A DNA stretch of 64,000 bases, taken from positions 96,001 through 160,000 of the forward strand of contig CAWJPJ010000004.1 in NCBI GenBank assembly GCA_963844715.1, in the 5' to 3' direction. This DNA is from an uncultured Phycisphaerales bacterium (GTDB taxonomy: Bacteria > Planctomycetota > Phycisphaerae > Tepidisphaerales > Tepidisphaeraceae). A program made the position numbers and the translations under genes. The notes below the pieces were generated by a model. The model searched no databases, was not told the DNA's origin, and saw only the letters and a list, made by a program, of their open reading frames with translations. Below are positions 1 through 8,434 of the stretch, one piece after another; the stretch's first letter is position 1, and the number at the start of each line of letters is the position of its first letter.

Positions 1-261
1 TTTACAACTCAAGATTTATGGGAGGCTCCGGGGTCGTCATCTGTATATAAGTCACGAGTGACTTTTTATGCGCTCACTGCGCCAAATGGCGCGATAATAG
101 CTGTATTGGGCATTTTGCCAGCATTGCGATGGTGGGCATGGCGCCGACGAGTACGGCGAAGTCGGGTCGGGTTATGTCGGAATTGCGGGTATGATTTGCG
201 AGCTACGCCGGAGAGGTGCCCGGAATGAGGGGTGATTGTTTCTAAGGCACCCGACGGATAG
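1..261 (+). CDS. 3' end of zinc-ribbon membrane protein ([19 protein letters not shown] type); in-frame TGA at the last Cys position
   Basis: Frame +1 reads ...[45 protein letters not shown](226-228)-GVIVSKAPDG-TAG(259-261); absent from the ORF track because it is 5'-truncated. Confidence 0.75.
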
Positions 262-276
262 CTATCCGTCGGCTTT
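251..276. repeat. REP-like palindrome (CCGACGGATAG/CTATCCGTCGG + CTTT), family C
   Basis: Perfect 11-bp inverted repeat; related copies at 20337-20366 and 30826-30880. Confidence 0.7.
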
Positions 277-318
277 CTCAGGCGCGATATCGAATTTCCC
301 AATTCCTCATATAATCGG

Positions 319-1521
319 TTGCTTCAAATGGCGCAAGTTACTTTGCAAAATATCAGTAAGGTCTTTCCCGGCGGGGTGCGGGCTGTGGATGGGATTGATT
401 TGTTGATTGCCGATCGGGAGTTCGTCGTCCTGGTTGGGCCTTCGGGGTGTGGGAAGAGTACGACTTTGCGCATGATTGCGGGGTTGGAGGAAATCTCATC
501 CGGGATTATTCGCATTGGGGAGCGCGTGGTTAATGATGTTCCTCCGAAGGATCGGGACATTGCCATGGTGTTTCAGAACTATGCGCTTTATCCGCATATG
601 ACGGTTTACAAAAATATGGCGTTTGGGCTGAAGCTTAGGGGGATGCCTAAGGCTCAGATCAAACAGCGAGTGGGGGAGGCGGCTAAAATATTGGAGATTG
701 AGCATTTGCTGGGGCGGAAGCCTAAGGAGCTATCGGGGGGGCAGCGGCAGAGGGTGGCGGTGGGGCGGGCGATTGTTCGGGAGCCGGCGGCATTTTTGTT
801 TGATGAGCCGCTTTCTAATCTGGACGCCAAATTGAGGGTGACTACCCGGGCCGAACTTAAACGGCTGCATCAGCGGCTGCGGACGACGACGATCTATGTT
901 ACGCACGACCAGGAGGAGGCGATGACGCTGGGGGACCGGATTGTGATTATGAAGGACGGGCGGATTCAGCAGGCGGATGCGCCTTTGCGAACGTATCAAT
1001 CGCCGGCGAACCGATTTGTGGCGGGATTTATCGGCACGCCGCCCATGAATTTCTTTGACGGGACGGTCCGAGGCGGTTCGCGGGGCCTAGAGTTTGTGGA
1101 GGGGAGGGGGGGTGGCGAGTTGACCTTGGCGGACAATGGGTTTACGCTTAGTCTGGAGTATCTGTCGACGGAAGCGCAAAAACGGCTCTCGTCGAAGGCC
1201 GGCAGCCACTTGGTGTTAGGCGTCCGTCCGGAACATTTGAAAATGTCCGGGACGGATGGTTTGCCGTTTTATGCTGCTGTGAAGGTTCGATTGAATGTCG
1301 TCGAGCCTTTGGGAAGTGAAATGGATGTGCACATGAGCACGGTTTTGCATGATCACGTGGTAGGGCGAATCGAAGCCCAGGCGGGCGTGCAGGCCGGGAC
1401 CGAAGCGACGGTGTTCGTCGATCTTCGGAAAGTGCACATGTTTGAACCCGGAGAGACCGGGATGAACCTGAGCCTGGAGACTCTGTCTCCCAGCAGCGAG
1501 CCGTCTCATGCAATTGCTTAA
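319..1521 (+). CDS. Sugar ABC transporter ATP-binding protein (MalK/UgpC family)
   Basis: Walker A GPSGCGKST, VFQNYALYPHM, LSGGQRQR signature, FLFDEPLSNLD, C-terminal regulatory domain. Confidence 0.95.
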   Translation: MLQMAQVTLQNISKVFPGGVRAVDGIDLLIADREFVVLVGPSGCGKSTTLRMIAGLEEISSGIIRIGERVVNDVPPKDRDIAMVFQNYALYPHMTVYKNMAFGLKLRGMPKAQIKQRVGEAAKILEIEHLLGRKPKELSGGQRQRVAVGRAIVREPAAFLFDEPLSNLDAKLRVTTRAELKRLHQRLRTTTIYVTHDQEEAMTLGDRIVIMKDGRIQQADAPLRTYQSPANRFVAGFIGTPPMNFFDGTVRGGSRGLEFVEGRGGGELTLADNGFTLSLEYLSTEAQKRLSSKAGSHLVLGVRPEHLKMSGTDGLPFYAAVKVRLNVVEPLGSEMDVHMSTVLHDHVVGRIEAQAGVQAGTEATVFVDLRKVHMFEPGETGMNLSLETLSPSSEPSHAIA

Positions 1522-1617
1522 GCAGATGCATGGACCGAGTTTCGCAGCAGCGCGTGCGGCGCGGATCCGGAGGAGTGCCGGATAACCGCAAAACGCACGG
1601 GCTAGGGTGTCGTCTTC

Positions 1618-1650
1618 GGGCCGCCGGAATTCGGACGGCCTTTTTTATTT
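1618..1650 (+). terminator. Intrinsic terminator/attenuator-like hairpin upstream of nusA
   Basis: GGCCGCCG-GAATT-CGGACGGCC followed by TTTTTTATTT. Confidence 0.65.
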
Positions 1651-1691
1651 AATGGAGTTTTGGTCCACACAACTGAATAGCGAGAGGAACC

Positions 1692-3206
1692 ATGAATTCG
1701 CAGGAACTGGTCCGCATCGTAGATGGGATCGCCCGAGACAAGAACATCGAGCGCGATCAGATATATAACGATATCGAGCAAGCCGTGGCTTCCGGTCTGC
1801 GCAAGCAGTTCAACACGGAGGACGCGAGCGAATTCGTCGTCAAGCTGGACCGCCAGAGCGGGGTGATCTCGGCCGTGCGGCAGGGCGTGGAAGTGCCGCT
1901 GTCCGTGGTCGGACGCATCGGGGCGCAGACCGTCAAGCAGGTCATGATCCAGCTTATCCGCCAGGACGAGCGGGGGAGCATTTACGAGGAATACAAGGAC
2001 CGCGTTGGAACGATTATCACCGGCACGGTTGCGCGGTTTGAGAAAGACACGATGATTGTGACGTTGCTTCGCAACGTTGAAGGGATCATGCCGCGGAGCG
2101 AGCAGATCCCGGGCGAAGTGCATCAGGTTGGGGAGCGCGTGCAGGCGCTGATTTTGGAAGTGCGCGATACGCCTAGCGCGGTGAAGATTATTTTGAGCCG
2201 CAGCCACCCGGAGCTGATCCGGCGGCTGTTTGAGCGTGAAGTACCGGAAGTGGGGGAGCGGACGATCGAGATCAAGGCGCTGGCTCGCGAGCCGGGACAT
2301 CGGACGAAGATCGCGGTGTCGTCGATCGATACGAAAGTCGATGCGGTCGGGGCGTGCGTCGGTGTGCGCGGGAGTCGCATTAAGAATATTGTCGACGAAC
2401 TGGGCGGGGAAAAGATCGATATCGTGCGGTGGAACGAGTCGAGCCAGATTTTGATCAGCAATGCGCTCAAGCCCGCCGAGGTGGCGGAAGTGGCGCTTTG
2501 CTTTGAGCTGGGGCGGGCGACGGTGGTTGTCAACGAGGATCAGCTTTCGCTGGCGATCGGGAAGCGCGGGCAGAACGTTCGGCTGGCGGCGCGTCTGACC
2601 GGGTGGGACATTGATATTCTTACGCCGACGGAATTCCAGAAGGGCACGCAGCGGCTGGAAGCGACTCTCAAGAGCGTTGAGGGAGTCACGAAGGAAATGG
2701 TGGACAAAGTTATCGTGCTTGGCTTGATCGACGTGCGGGATTTGGAGGAAGTCGGGACGGGCCCGCTGATGGAAGAGCTGGGTCTGGACGAAGCGACGGC
2801 GGCGAAAGTCGTGGAGCGATGCGCGGAAGAGGCGAAGATTGTCGCCACGGAACAAGAGGCGAAGAAAGCCGCGGACGCGTCGGCCAAGGCGGCGGAGAGT
2901 TCGGCGCGAGCGGCGGACAAGGCGGCATTGCTGGCGCTGGCGGAAGGGCCGGCGGTGGAGGGGACGGCGCAAACTCTGCCAGGGGCTTTGGAAGCGACGG
3001 CGGGGGCGGCGCCGGAGGTTACGGTTCACAGCGAGACATCGTCGAACAATGGCGAGGAGCTTGCTCCCGAGGAAGCTGCCATTCAGGGGCTTGGGTCGGA
3101 AGGATCCGAGCAGTCGAAGGCTCCGCCGGATGAGACGGAGACAGAGGCTTTGGCCGAGGGGCGCACGGCGCCCCCGGAGTCTGAGTCTGAAACGGAAAAG
3201 TTGTAA
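1692..3206 (+). CDS. nusA: Transcription termination/antitermination factor NusA with acidic C-terminal tail
   Basis: S1/KH motifs AREPGHRTKIAV, VGACVGVRGSRI, LSLAIGKRGQNVRLAARLTGW; precedes infB. Confidence 0.97.
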   Translation: MNSQELVRIVDGIARDKNIERDQIYNDIEQAVASGLRKQFNTEDASEFVVKLDRQSGVISAVRQGVEVPLSVVGRIGAQTVKQVMIQLIRQDERGSIYEEYKDRVGTIITGTVARFEKDTMIVTLLRNVEGIMPRSEQIPGEVHQVGERVQALILEVRDTPSAVKIILSRSHPELIRRLFEREVPEVGERTIEIKALAREPGHRTKIAVSSIDTKVDAVGACVGVRGSRIKNIVDELGGEKIDIVRWNESSQILISNALKPAEVAEVALCFELGRATVVVNEDQLSLAIGKRGQNVRLAARLTGWDIDILTPTEFQKGTQRLEATLKSVEGVTKEMVDKVIVLGLIDVRDLEEVGTGPLMEELGLDEATAAKVVERCAEEAKIVATEQEAKKAADASAKAAESSARAADKAALLALAEGPAVEGTAQTLPGALEATAGAAPEVTVHSETSSNNGEELAPEEAAIQGLGSEGSEQSKAPPDETETEALAEGRTAPPESESETEKL

Positions 3207-3224
3207 GTTTTTTTGGAGACGGTT

Positions 3225-6020
3225 TTGGCAAAGGGAATTCGAGTCAATCTGTTGGCCAAGGAATTGGGCGTCGAGTCGAAGGCGATCCTTCAGAAACTGA
3301 AGGAGGAAGGCCTGTCGGATGTGGCGCCCAATCACATGAGCACTCTGTCGATTGGTTTGGCGGAATCGGTGCGCGAATGGTTCAGCCAGGGGAACATGGG
3401 GGGCGGGACGGCGGTTGAAACCGCGCCGCATGTTGAAGTGGCGACCAAGTCGAAGGCCACGCGGACGAAGAAGAAGAAAGAGACGACGGAGGACGAAGCG
3501 CCTGGCGCGGAGGTGACGACAACGGTGGTTGAGGCGCCGCCTCCGCCTCCGCCGGTAATTGAAGTGCCGGTTGCGCCGCCTCCGCCGGCGCCGGTGATTG
3601 TCGCGCCGCCTGTGGCGCCAGCACCACCGCCGGCTCCGGTGAGTTCGCCGGCACCCGTGGTGATTCCCGTCGCCAAGGCGCCGCAAGCGCCGGCGAGCGG
3701 GGCGCAAGCGGCGGCACGGCCGCGCCGTCGATCGGATCAGACCACATTCGGCCGCCGCGCCCGACGGTTACGCTTGCCAGCCGCGGCATGGCGCCGCCGG
3801 CCGCGGAACGAAAACCCGTGGCGCAGGCTCCGCAGCTCACGACGCTGCAACCGGCGAAAATTCAGGGGCCGCGCGTGGTGCGCATTGAAAAGGAAGAAGT
3901 GGTTCAGGCTCGCGGTCCGCGTCCGCGGCCGGGGACCGCGGGACCCTCGGACTCGACGGTACCGCCTCCGGCGGGACCGGCGCGGGTCGCGGCGTCAAAA
4001 CGACCGAAGAGGACGACGAGGAGACGAAGAAGAAGACGGCAGGCAACAAGAAGAGTCTATCGACGCGCCGGCGCGGGGTGGACGGGCGGCGCGGGGAGGC
4101 GATGGAGAAGATCAAGGAGTTTACGGACGCCGACCTGATCGCCCGGCGCGACGCTTTGAATGCCGCCGCGAGTTCCCGAAATGTATTTGATAGCCATCTT
4201 CGACAGGTGGAGAAGCGTGGCACGCACACTCAGGCCAAATCCATCACGCAGCGAGGCGAGCCGGTCGAAATCGAGGAACCCATCACGGTGCGCAGCCTGT
4301 CGGCGGCGCTGGGCGTGAAGAGCGGGGAGATCATCTCCAAGCTGATGAAGCAGGGGGTTTTCGCGACGGTGAATCAGTCCTTGGAGAAGGACGCCGCGGG
4401 CGCGATCGCCCTGGAATATGGCATCGAACTGAAAATCGCGGTTCAGGCGACGCTGGAGGAAGAGTTGTTGAAGGAAATTGAAGCTCGGCGGGCCGAGAGC
4501 ACGAACCTGGTGCTGCGCCCGCCGGTGGTGACGATTCTCGGACACGTGGACCACGGCAAGACATCATTGCTGGACAAAATTCGCAACGCACATGTCGCAG
4601 CTGGCGAAGCGGGCGGGATCACGCAGCATACCGCGGCGTGGATGGTTCAGCTTGGCGAGAAGCGGGTCACGTTCATCGATACGCCGGGGCACCAGGCGTT
4701 TACGGCCATGCGTGCCCGCGGGGCGAACATGACGGATGTGGTGGTGCTGGTGGTGTCGGCGGCGGAAGGCGTGCAGCCGCAAACGATCGAATCGATCAAT
4801 CACGCTCGGGCGGCGGGAGTTCCGATCGTGGTGGCGATGAACAAGATCGATCGGTCGGACGCGAATCCCGAGATGGTGCTGGGGCAGCTGGCCGCTCAGG
4901 GACTCAATCCCATCGAGTATGGCGGCGAGACGGAAGTGGTCCGGACCAGCGCCACGACGGGGCAGGGTGTTCCGGAACTGATCGAAATTCTGGATCTGCA
5001 GAGCCAGATCATGGAATTGAAGGCCGATCTGGACGCTCCGGCGCGGGTCGGTGATTGAAAGCCGCGTGGACGAAGGGATGGGCCCGGTCGCGACGGTATT
5101 GATCCAGGACGGCACGCTGAAGGTCGGGGACATCGGGTTATCGGGCACCGGGTATGGACGCATCCGGAGCCTGGTGAATGATCGCGGGGAGAGCATCCCC
5201 GAGGCGGGGCCGAGCACGCCGGTGATCGTCAGCGGTCTGAGCAATCTGCCGATGGCGGGGGATAAATTCTTCGCGCTGGATGATGTGGATCGGGCCCGCT
5301 CGATCGCGGAAGAGCGGCTGACGCGCACCCGCGCGAGCGATCTGGCGTCGGGGAACAAGGTGACGCTGGAAACGCTGATGGACACGATGAAGGCGTCGGA
5401 CATCAAGACGATCAATCTGATCATCAAGGCCGACGTGCAGGGGTCGGTCGAAACGCTGACCAAGACGGTCACGGATTCCAATACGCAGGAAGTTCGCGTG
5501 CGGGTCATTCACAGCGCTGTCGGGCGCGATCAACGAGAGCGACGTTGAACTGGCGGACGCATCGAACGCGGTCATCATCGGGTTCCACGTGGTCCCGGAC
5601 GAGGCGTCGCGGCAAATGGCCGAGCAACGGCATGTCGAGATTCGGCTGTATCGGATCATTTACGAAATTTTCGACGATTTGAAGAAGGCGCTTTCGGGAT
5701 TGCTGGAGCCGGAGGTGCGCGAAAAGCTGCATGGGCACGCGGAAATTCGGAAGGTTTACAAGGTCTCGAGGATCGGAAACGTCGGCGGGTGCTTTGTCAC
5801 GGACGGACACATTCAGCGCGGCAGCAAGATCCGGCTGACGCGGGACGGGGCGGTGATTACGGAGGATTTGTCGCTGGAATCGCTTCGCCGGGAGAAGGAC
5901 GACGCCAAGGAGGTCAAGGCCGGGCTGGAATGCGGGATCAAGATCGCCGGGTACGACGACATCAAGGTCGGCGATATTTTGGAAGCGTATATCCGCGAAA
6001 CGTTCAAGAGAACTTTATAA
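3225..6020 (+). CDS. infB: Translation initiation factor IF-2 (several apparent assembly frameshifts)
   Basis: N-terminal [43 protein letters not shown]-terminal [16 protein letters not shown]; split across ORFs 3213-4190, 4078-5058, 5051-5548, 5589-6020. Confidence 0.95.
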
Positions 6021-6022
6021 TG

Positions 6023-6100
6023 AGTTGCCAGTTGCCAGTTGCCAGTTGCCAGTAAAATGCCTGCCTTTTACTGGCAACTGGCAACTGGTAACTGACAACT
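6023..6100. repeat. 35-bp hairpin built from tandem heptamers (AGTTGCC)n / (CTGGCAA)n
   Basis: 6023-6057 is the reverse complement of 6066-6100 at 33/35 positions; 8-nt loop. Confidence 0.92.
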
Positions 6101-6106
6101 AATCAA

Positions 6107-6388
6107 ATGACTGTTGGCGTGTTGCAGATTGAGTTGTCGGTTACGGACGCCATGAGTTTGAAGGACAAGCGGCGGGTCATCAAGAGCATTAAGGACCGGA
6201 TCGCCAACGGACATAATGTGTCGATCGCGGAAGTGGGGGCGCAGGATGAGCATCGGCGATGCATCCTTGGCCTGGCGATGGTGGGAACGGATCGGCAATA
6301 TGTCGAGGGCGGACTGAGCAAGCTGGTCGATTTTGTGCGAATGACGCCTCAGGTTTCGCTTTTGGATTATCGAATCGAGTTGTTATGA
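6107..6388 (+). CDS. DUF503 (YlxP-like) protein
   Basis: SLKDKRRVIKSIKDRI...NVSIAEVGAQD motif; conserved position between infB and rbfA. Confidence 0.9.
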   Translation: MTVGVLQIELSVTDAMSLKDKRRVIKSIKDRIANGHNVSIAEVGAQDEHRRCILGLAMVGTDRQYVEGGLSKLVDFVRMTPQVSLLDYRIELL

Positions 6389-6390
6389 AG

Positions 6391-6473
6391 GAAGAGACGA
6401 AGAGACGAAGAGACGGAGAGACGAAGTGGAATGCGCACATCGTCTCTGCGTCTTTTTGTCTCTTGGTCTCTTG
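6391..6473. repeat. Imperfect hairpin built from tandem octamers (GAAGAGAC)n / (GTCTCTTG-like)n
   Basis: GAAGAGAC x3 + GGAGAGAC, then GTCTCTGC GTCTTTTT GTCTCTTG GTCTCTTG. Confidence 0.85.
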
Positions 6474-6481
6474 ATGGAGCC

Positions 6482-6901
6482 ATGTCGCGCCGAACGGAAC
6501 GGGTCGCCAGCATCATTCAGCGTGAACTGGCGATGACGATAATTCGGGAGCTGAACGATCCGCGATTGACCGGGATGCCGAGCATTACGCGCGTGAAGGT
6601 AAGCCCCGACATGAGCGTCGCGGATGTGTTCGTCACCGTGATGGGCACCGACGGGCAGCAGAGCGCGGCGTTGAACGCGCTGAAGCATTCGGCGGGGCTG
6701 ATGCGGACGCGATTGACGGAGGCGCTGTCGATGCGGATTACGCCGTATTTGAAGTTTCATCTGGACGAAAACGCGAAGAAGGAAATCGCGATACTGGAAC
6801 TTTTGCGGAAGGCCGCCCTGGAGAACGAGGAACTTGACCGCGCCCGCGCCGCCCAGGCGGCCCCGAACTCCGGCACGGCGACTAACGAAACCAATCCATG
6901 A
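6482..6901 (+). CDS. rbfA: Ribosome-binding factor A
   Basis: MSRRTERVASIIQRELA...ITRVKVSPDMSVADVFV...PYLKFHLD. Confidence 0.95.
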   Translation: MSRRTERVASIIQRELAMTIIRELNDPRLTGMPSITRVKVSPDMSVADVFVTVMGTDGQQSAALNALKHSAGLMRTRLTEALSMRITPYLKFHLDENAKKEIAILELLRKAALENEELDRARAAQAAPNSGTATNETNP

Positions 6902-7520
6902 AAAACGCCACCAAACACGCGGACGGAATCAAATCACTGTACAAGCGTCTTTTGCGCGACGGGAAACCGGAGCCGATGCAGCCGCTGGCTCCGCTGGACG
7001 CGCTGGTGCGCGGGGCGATGAGCTATGACGTGAGCGATTCCAGAGCCGAGGACGCCATGCGCGCCATCGGGAAGGAATTCGTCGATCTCAACGAATTGCG
7101 GGTCGCGACGGATCTGGAGATTCAGGAGCTTCTTGGGCAGCGGTATCCCGTCATCGAGCAGCGCGTGGCGATGATCACGCAGGCGCTGAACGATATTTTC
7201 GAGCGCGAGCACACGATGAGCCTGGACCGGCTGAAAACCATCAGCAAGCGCGAGGCGAGGCAATTTTTGCGGGAGCTGCCGGGGATTCACCCGTTTGTCG
7301 AGGCGTATATCATGCTCATGTCGATGGAGGGGCACGCGGTCCCGGTCGACGACGGAATTCTGGCGGTCCTGCGGGACGCGGAAATCGTCGAGGAGCAGAC
7401 GAGTCTCGAGGAAGCGCAGCGATTTTGGAGCATCATCTGAAAGCGGACGAGGCGTTTGAGTTTTTCGTGCTTATTCGCCGGGCGAGTCAGGACGCCAGCA
7501 AGAAAAAGAGCAAACCATGA
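6898..7520 (+). CDS. Endonuclease III/HhH-GPD-like hypothetical protein (frameshift near 7430)
   Basis: EFVDLNELRVA, ELPGIHPFVEAYIML, HAVPVD motifs; 3' end uncertain. Confidence 0.6.
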
Positions 7521-8410
7521 CGGATCGGCTTCCCAGCGATACGGTGCGACTGGGGCTTCCGAGCGGAAGCCTCCAGCAATCGACGCTCGAACTTTTCGGG
7601 CGAGCCGGGTTCAAGATCAGCGTCGCGGAGCGGAGCGTTTTTCCGCGGGTGGACGACGAGAAGCTCTCGGCGGTCTTTTTCCGGGCCCAGGAGATCAGCC
7701 GGTATGTCGTCGATAACATCATTGACTGCGGTTTGACGGGGTACGACTACATCGTTGAAAACGGGAACGAAAAGGACGTGGTGGAAATCTGCGAATTGAC
7801 TTATTCGCGGGCGACGGCGAATCCTTACCGGTGGGTTTTGGCCGTTCCGGAGGAAAGCCCGGTCAAGCGGGCGGAGGACCTGGCCGGCAAAATCGTCGCG
7901 ACGGAACTGGTCAACACGACGCGGCGGTATTTCGAATCGAAGAATATCAAGGTGACGGTCGAATTCTCGTGGGGGACGACGGAGATCAAGGCGCGGTTGC
8001 TGGACGCGATCGTCGAGGGGACGGAAACTGGCTCGTCGCTTCGGGCCAACAATCTTCGCATCGTCGATACGATTCTCACCAGCACGACGCGGTTCGTCGC
8101 GAATAAAAAGGCGTGGGAGATTCCCTGGAAGCGCGAGAAAATGGAAAACATCGCGATGCTTCTGCGCGGGGCGATCGAAGCGCGGGCGAAGGTGGGACTG
8201 AAGATGAACGTGCCGGAAGCGCGGCTGGCGGAGGTGGTTTCGTTCCTTCCTTCGGAGCGGAGCCCGACGGTGAGCAAGCTGGCGGAAGGCGGGTGGGTTG
8301 CCGTCGAGGTGATCCTCGATGATCGTCAGGAGCGGGAATTGATTCCGCGGTTGAAGCGCGCCGGGGCGACCGGGATTATCACTTACCCGCTCAACAAGGT
8401 CATTCCATAA
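7517..8410 (+). CDS. hisG: ATP phosphoribosyltransferase (long form)
   Basis: GLPSGSL, FRAQEI, WGTTE, ETGSSLRANNL, C-terminal regulatory domain SPTVSKL. Confidence 0.95.
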   Translation: MTDRLPSDTVRLGLPSGSLQQSTLELFGRAGFKISVAERSVFPRVDDEKLSAVFFRAQEISRYVVDNIIDCGLTGYDYIVENGNEKDVVEICELTYSRATANPYRWVLAVPEESPVKRAEDLAGKIVATELVNTTRRYFESKNIKVTVEFSWGTTEIKARLLDAIVEGTETGSSLRANNLRIVDTILTSTTRFVANKKAWEIPWKREKMENIAMLLRGAIEARAKVGLKMNVPEARLAEVVSFLPSERSPTVSKLAEGGWVAVEVILDDRQERELIPRLKRAGATGIITYPLNKVIP

Positions 8411-8434
8411 GTAATCGGACTAAGGCACGGGCCA

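Noticed and set aside
1530..1668. 6S or SRP RNA
   Set aside because: The central bubble is very asymmetric and contains a terminator; SRP domain IV motifs are absent. Kept only as a candidate leader.
6023..6473. CRISPR array
   Set aside because: Units are 7-8 nt tandem repeats with no unique spacers; no cas genes in the window.
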